Source: Lama guanicoe (Eukaryota). From it: a stretch of 64,000 bases of DNA. The number at the start of each line of letters is the position of its first letter. Position 1 is the first letter of the stretch. Position numbers and translations under genes: made by a program. The notes beneath the pieces are model-generated. The model ran no database searches. It saw only the letters and a list, made by a program, of their open reading frames with translations, and was not told the origin of the DNA. Positions 57,601-64,000 of this stretch are shown in pieces. The stretch is from positions 1,700,485 to 1,764,484 of the forward strand of contig MU053431.1 in the NCBI GenBank assembly GCA_013239625.1, written 5' to 3'.

Positions 57601-59449
57601 AACAGCTGGACTTTGGAGGAGCAGCTGCAGAGGGGGCCGTGCCGTCCCCCGGCCGGGAGCAGGCACGACACTCGTCAGCTCCTTTCCACCTCGGGCCGGG
57701 GGCCTCCCCATCCTTCCCTCCCACTGCCCTTCCTGAGGGTCCATGGAAGGTCAGGCACATGACGTCCACATCTCTGATGAATGAAAGATCTTCCAGACAA
57801 AGAGGGACATCCAGGCCAGCCACCTGGCCATCGTCCAGAGGTGACCTGTCACCCCCACTGTCAGGGGCAGGCCATCATCGGTGGGCTTTCCCAACGGGGC
57901 AGGGGCTCCACGCTCCCACACCGCCGACCAGCGGCTCCTGCCTGAGTCCTGCCCGCCCATTACAGGAGTGAAACGTGGCAGCTCCCAGGAGGGACGTGGC
58001 ACAGACGTCAGTTCCTGAAATGCCGCCAGGGGAGTTCACGGGACCCAGGACGCTGTTTGTAACACTGAAGGTGGAAACCGCGTGGTGAACTTCCACAGGG
58101 AACCACCTCACACAGCTACAACCTACAAGGTACACGTGTGAACTGAAGCGGACTTCAGCCCAGACCCGCGGGAGCGGGCCACGGGTTGGGGTGGGATTTT
58201 GCTGGGGGGTGGGCCCGAGCAGAACAGGAGACACCCAGAGCAGGTGGGCAGGGGCCACACCGCCCCGCCTGAGAGATCTCCCCACCTGTGCGATCAGGTT
58301 TGGCCTGGGGGGTGCCTGGGGGCGCCCGTGGGAGCTGTGTTCTCACAGGCTGTGGCCACATTGCAGGAGCCCCCAGGCAAGAGGGCTTGTCACTGGACAC
58401 GTCCCTTGGGGGCGGGTTGGGTTTGGACCCTGGCTCTGGCACTTACGGGTGGTTTGACCTTGGGAGAGTCATGGTGACCCTCCTCAGGGTTCCCGCCTGT
58501 AAAGGGGGCCACGCGGGGACCCACCTCCTAGGGCAAGGGGAGGATGAGCCAATTCAACTGTGCAGAGCCCCGAGGATGCCCCCAGACACAGCGACATGCC
58601 GGGCACTCCAGGACCCTCGGTGCCCCTTTTGGTGTGAGTCTGGGGGCTGGTGGTCCTTGAAAGACCGGCTGTGCTCTGGGTGAGGCTCCTGGTCCAAGAG
58701 GCTTCCTCCCGTGCCGGCTCCTGGGGGCACCAAGATGAACCCAAGAGCAATCACCCTGAATGAAAACTTGCCCTCAGGTTTATTTTCCTCGGCAGCACAT
58801 CAGAAAGGCACAGGCGATAACTGCTTAATGGCTGTTCTGTGTGTATCCCATTTCCCTCAGCTGGCTCCCACGGTGATTACATTCTGCTGCGTTTAATTCA
58901 GAACTTGGTCCTTTATTCCACGGCGTGCTGGGTCGGGACACGGGCCGGAGGGAGGTGCGGTGGGAGGAGGCCAGCCTCTGCTCTGGCCTTGCAGGGAGGT
59001 GGCGAGGCCACTCCTGGCAGGCGGCTCGCTCTGGGCCGGGATGGAGCCGGCAGAGAGGGGCGAGGGTGAGGAGGTGAAATCAGCAAAGGCAGGTAAACTG
59101 CTTAATTTCATTACTGCGCGTGACGTGTGCACACCCACGAGGCGGGGCTGTCATGGGCCCAGCGGACCCCGTGGGCTCAGTACGTGGGTCCTGGGCGTTT
59201 GACTGGACCTGGCTGTGCCTCCACTTCCCCACCGCCGAATCAGGGAAGACACCCCGTATCGATTTCACTGGGGCTCGTGAGGACCTGCGTGCCCGGATTA
59301 GAGTAAATGTAGCAAAAATGCTTGTTAAACAAAGTGGCCATCACCCTTGCTGGACAGGTGAGGAAACTGAGGCACAGAGAACCGATCAGCACGTCAGTGG
59401 GTCCCCGAGAAGCAGACCTGACAGGATGTGTAAATATTCATGAACAGGA

Positions 59450-59830
59450 GGAGGGTCTGGGGAGCTGGCTCCAACCACCCAGACCAAGAAGCCCCATGTC
59501 TCCGTCTGCAGACCTAGGAGAGCCGGCGGGGAGGGTCAGTCCAAGCCCAAGGGCCCGCGCGAGGTCCAGGGGGCTGACCTGTAAGCCCCAGTTCAAGGGC
59601 AGGAGAGAGAGGCCCCCACTGAGGCGAGGGAGGGGCCGGAAACCAGCCCTCCTTCCCTGCTTTCGTCCTAGCCAGGACACCGCGCGGGGAACGGCCTTCC
59701 GCTTTACTGAGTCCACCGATTCCAACACTCGTCTCACCCGGAAACGCCCCCAGACCCCCAGCTATGCAACTGCATTGAGCGTGGGCACCTGCGGCCTGTC
59801 AGGCTGACGCATGTCCTGAGCCATCACACA
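59450..59830 (-). mobile_element. MLT2-type LTR relic
   Basis: gacctaggagagccgg, gctttactgagtccaccgattccaac, tcacccggaaacgccc, ending gtcaggctgacgcat...gccatcaca. Confidence 0.65.
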
Positions 59831-61037
59831 CGCCCACACACTCGCCGCATCGTCTAGAAACTCAGGGGCCCCCAGGACATCTGTCCACTGGGCCAGCCTT
59901 TCTTGGGGTTGGGAACCCCAACACCTCCTCCAGAACCAGGTGGAACCCTGCTTTTAAAGGCAGAGTCCACCGCCCTCACACCGCAGGTTTGGAATCTCCA
60001 GGGAGGATCTTTGCCACTGACATTTAACAGCACCCCAGGCAGCGGGGGCCCCCACCCCCCCTCAAGCTGCCGGGACAGGAGCAGGAGCAGGGGTGGTGAG
60101 CATGCAGGTAAATGCACGCCCTGGGCCATCATCCCGCCTGGCGCCTGGTGATCACTAACCAGGCGCCTAATTAGCCCCACCTCCACGTCTCGCCCCAGGG
60201 GCCCATCTTGAGCTCCTGAGCTCTGTTTGCTGCTAATGACTGTCTTCGCGACAACAATCCAATTACTTTGAGCATTTACCTCCCACCTTCCCCAGAAAAA
60301 CTCCGAGGGCAGCAGGCAGAAGCCACGGGGCCCCTCGGCAGCACCATCCAGGGAGAGGCCGGAAACAGCCCAGGGCTGGAGGGTGGCCAGGCCGGTGACC
60401 ACGCTCCTGTCTCAGCAGGGATGGGACGGGGGAGGGAGGGGTGAGGAGGGGCGGGAACGGGGTCACTGCGCAGCGGGTGAGACGGGGGAGGTCTGGGGGA
60501 CTGGTTGCTCTGCCCTGTGCCTCCCTAGGCTGGGTCCCCAGGGACGGCGGGCGGGGGCAACTTTGTACACAAGCCTGTCTGCACTCTGTCTGCACGGCCT
60601 GACCAGGCGGGAAGTCTCGTTTTGCCTTAAGGAGAAGAGTGGGAACTCAGGAAGCAGTGAGACCCAGCGTGCCCCTTCTTGGAGCTTCACGAGGCCAGGG
60701 TAGGTCATGTCCCACCACATTCCAACGTCCGGCTTTTCTCTGGAGGATGAACCGCCTGCCTCCTCCCCTGGGAAGTGATGCACTGGTTTCCGACGCCCAG
60801 AACACAGAGGCGCGAGATGCAGTGACAGACGGTGGGGCAGGCGGAGTCCGTGCCCCGGAAACACCAGGTGCAGTTGCTCAAGACGAAGGCTTTACAGTGA
60901 ACGTGTGGATTCACCTGCTCCCTTGCACGGAAATGACAGAGCTCAGGCTTCCGAAGGAGTCTCGGCAGCTCGGCCCGGTGAGAAGGACTCCTTGCAGGGA
61001 GGCGCCTCCAGGCTTCTTCCTCCAAGAAAGCGCCGTC

Positions 61038-61088
61038 CTCCCCTCCTCCCTGTCCTGTCTCCCCTCCTCCCTGTCCTGTCTCCCCTCC
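61038..61088. repeat. 21-bp pyrimidine-rich tandem repeat, about 2.4 copies
   Basis: CTCCCCTCCTCCCTGTCCTGT x2 plus a partial third copy. Confidence 0.88.
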
Positions 61089-64000
61089 ACGCCGCAGCTT
61101 AGGGCCAGTAAATGGAGCAGCTGGGCCTTCTCCTTCCCGCCTTCCTTGATCTCTGACAACGAAGCTTGCCAAGGGTGAGAACTCCTGAATTCAGGCCAGA
61201 GCTGGTGGGGGACCACCCTTCCGGAGCAGTGGGCTTCCCGGGCCATATTCTCAGAGCAATCTTCCACTGAGCTGTTTCTGGGAAACTCTGAGTGTCTCGG
61301 GGTGAACCCGGCCCCAGAAGGAGCTTCCCAGGCTCAGGGTGACGAGCGACGTCTAAACAGCTCTGCACGAGGACAGCGGTATCGCCAAGCAGCAGCATAA
61401 ACGAGCCTTTTCCCCTTGCAGCAGAGATCCGTGGCGGACGCGCCCTCTGTTTACCGGGGACGACAGGTGACCGAGAGGCTCGGGCTTTGCTGCTGTGTAG
61501 CACCCCGCTGTGACTGAATGGGTGCCCCGCAGCTCCAGAATGAGGAAGGCTCGCATCTCCCGAGGACTGGAGATGTGGCGCCCAGCTCACCAGCTGTGGG
61601 TATGGGGCGCAGAGCAGTCTGAGAACTATGCCCCACTTCCAAGCCCCCGAACTCTGACACCCACCCCAGCTCCGAGCTTGCACACTCTCCCTGCCAGCTG
61701 TCACTCTGCAGTCAGGTCTTTGTTTTGTTTTCTTTTCTAAAAAAATCTTTTGCTGTAAGATAGAAAGAAAAAGGGTACATCTAGCCTTAGCAGTCATTCA
61801 CCCTTTAGTCTGAATTAGCACCCGCTATTTCACCAAGGGCAGATCTGGATGATGCAAGGGGAGGGAAGAGGCAGGGCACAAAGGGCCACAGAAAAAAGGC
61901 AGATGGTGAGGGTATCACCCACAAGAAAAGTCCCCAGAACAGGAGCTGCAGACCCCTGAAGGCAAGTGTCACCACTTCACTTCCAAATTTGGCCTGGGCC
62001 TGGCTCGGCCTCGTGATGGCCCAGAGATCACGGAGATGGCCCAACAGCCACGTGGGACAGTGCGCCATAGTGCGCTTGGTCAGTCAACAAACATGCTGAG
62101 TATCTCCTAGATGTCAGGCCCTGAGCTGCTGCTGAGGACACAGCCGTGAGCAACACAGTGAAGCCCCAGGCCTCTCATGCTCCTCCACCTACACAAGGGT
62201 GCATGCTGACATCGATCCAGCAGGTGGGGGCCGAGCCCTGGGGAGGAGGCAGCGGGTGCAGGGGAGCAAAGACGGCATGATGGCCGTGCAGGGCCAGGAT
62301 GCAGCAATGTAGACAGAGGTCCCTCAGCATCCACAGAGGGGTCTCACCAAGAGCCAGGCCGGGTAGGTGAGGAGGCAGCACAGAAGCAAGGAGACCCCCC
62401 CCAACCGTGGCCCTCTGCCACCCCCTCTCTGGGACCCTGGGTGCATGGCCACCTCTCAGCCACCCTCTGCACCCCAAGGTTCAGGGCAGGGCCGAGACTA
62501 AGCCACACCCCGGGCCGCACGCCCCTGGGAGGACACAGAGGGTGACGCCCACCTCCCTGCACCTCCCCCGGGCCCAGCCCACCTACAGAGAATCAGTGGA
62601 GCTGCTCAGTGGGGCCCGGACTGGGGGATCGACATATCCCAGAGCCGGAGCAGCCATGTGGAGGGACCTCCCCTCGCGAATCCCCGGCATTCTGAGCGGA
62701 AGTGCCAAAGGGAGGGAGAAGTAACTTCCAGGGTCTCGGCGAGGGGGCCAGCGCCAGGCTGGCAGGGAGGGAGGGTTAGCATTTCCTGAGAAACCCATTA
62801 ATTTCTTCAAATAAACCGAATGAGCACGTATCTCAGCATGAAAGCACATCTGGATAGAGTTTGAGAATCAGATTCATCATGAAAGCTCACTAAGAGTTCA
62901 TTTTCCATTCTGACTCCTCTTCCCTCTTGCAGTTGGTCCTTCAAGCCAGCAGGTGGGCTGCAGGGGCCCCACTCTTCCCGTAGGTGCACAGAGCCAGCTG
63001 CTCACAGAGCCAAACTCTGGCTCTCCAAACCTCCCGCCCCTTCCTCCCTGAACCACGGACCAGCTTTGATCTGTGCCTCCCACAGGGGTCACCTGGGCTT
63101 CAAGGACACATGCCACGTCTTCCTTTTCCTTTCTTCGTTTCATCACAGGGGGTTTGTGAAGAAGCTGGAACAGAGCAGATGCCATCCCAGGCACTGAGGA
63201 CACCAGCTGTGTAGACAGATGGACAGACACGGCCTCCCAGGGTGGACGAGTGGAGGGTCAGAGTGCAGTATGTGGTGGAGGGGACCAGACGAGCCAGCTA
63301 GTGGTCACTCTCCAGGCCCGTCTCCATCCTACACTCTCCCCTCCCAGGGTCTAGGTCCTTTCTAAAGACCCCGAGGGGCTCCAGGGATCCATCTCCAAGC
63401 CGTGGGAAGTTGCAGAGGCTGGGGCAGTTACTGAAGTCCCCAGTCAACCAGCTGTGGGACCCCCTGTCATGGGGGTCCTGCACCATGGGCCCCTCAGCCT
63501 GTGTCCAGCAACCCAGCCCTCACTGGTCCCACCCCTCACTGGGGGTGATGGCACCTTGCAGGACGAGGAGGGTGGGCTCCTCTGGGCACCAACTGGGGTG
63601 TCCTGTCCTGTGGCCGAGGTGGGGTTCACAGGCCCCAGTCCTGCCTGCACTTTGCCCAGATACCAGAGAGGATGCTTGGCTGCCTCCCTGCCCGACCCTG
63701 CTTCCCTCCCCCCAGCGCTGCCTCCAGGCCTCCTCCCAGTGAACGGCCTGCACGTGACTCCCTGGCCCACGTCGGTTTGGGGAGACTCCTGGGAGATGGG
63801 GGCATCCACCAGCTCCCGGCCGCTCCAGTAACTCACCAGTTCCCACCACGGCCACGTGTAGCTGGCCCACTTTCCGGGGGACCGTGTAACCTGCTGATGG
63901 TCTCCACCACCTGGGGACAGCCAGGCACTGACCCCAGGCCATTGACATGGCCACAGCTTCTGCTCAGGGAAGGTTTGGAGGGGCAGTGTGGGGGAAATGC

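Noticed and set aside
55000-64000. Start of NTSR1 or another downstream gene
   Set aside because: No GPCR-like ORF, CpG island or consistent exon chain is visible.

Overview
GC-rich mammalian genomic DNA, most likely camelid: it has tRNA-Ala-derived vic-1-like SINEs and no Alu, Bov-A/BovB, PRE or Can-SINEs that I could recognise. It contains one complete protein-coding gene on the + strand, SLCO4A1 (OATP4A1/OATP-E, organic anion and thyroid hormone transporter). The gene has a CpG-island promoter and a putative non-coding exon 1 ending at 30643, an intron 1 of about 10.4 kb, and 11 coding exons from ATG 41088 to TGA 53655. All junctions are GT-AG and phase-compatible, giving a 2196 nt CDS (731 aa). 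The 3' UTR probably ends near 54760. The remaining DNA (1-29.9 kb and 55-64 kb) is intergenic, with old L1/L2/MIR/MER/MLT relics, simple repeats and candidate cis-elements. Nearly all ORFs in the supplied track are GC-content artefacts. I found no convincing new multi-gene system. The best leads are regulatory or evolutionary: (1) an abrupt codon-composition anomaly in exon 9 beside a 91-nt intron, (2) an ATGAATG doublet in exon 1 giving both an overlapping uORF and an in-frame N-terminal extension, (3) L1 relics that appear to have gained GC and CpG, and (4) an octamer + TATA/MEF2 + duplicated G4 module in intron 1. Repeat family names and comparisons with the human protein are from memory, not from a database search.
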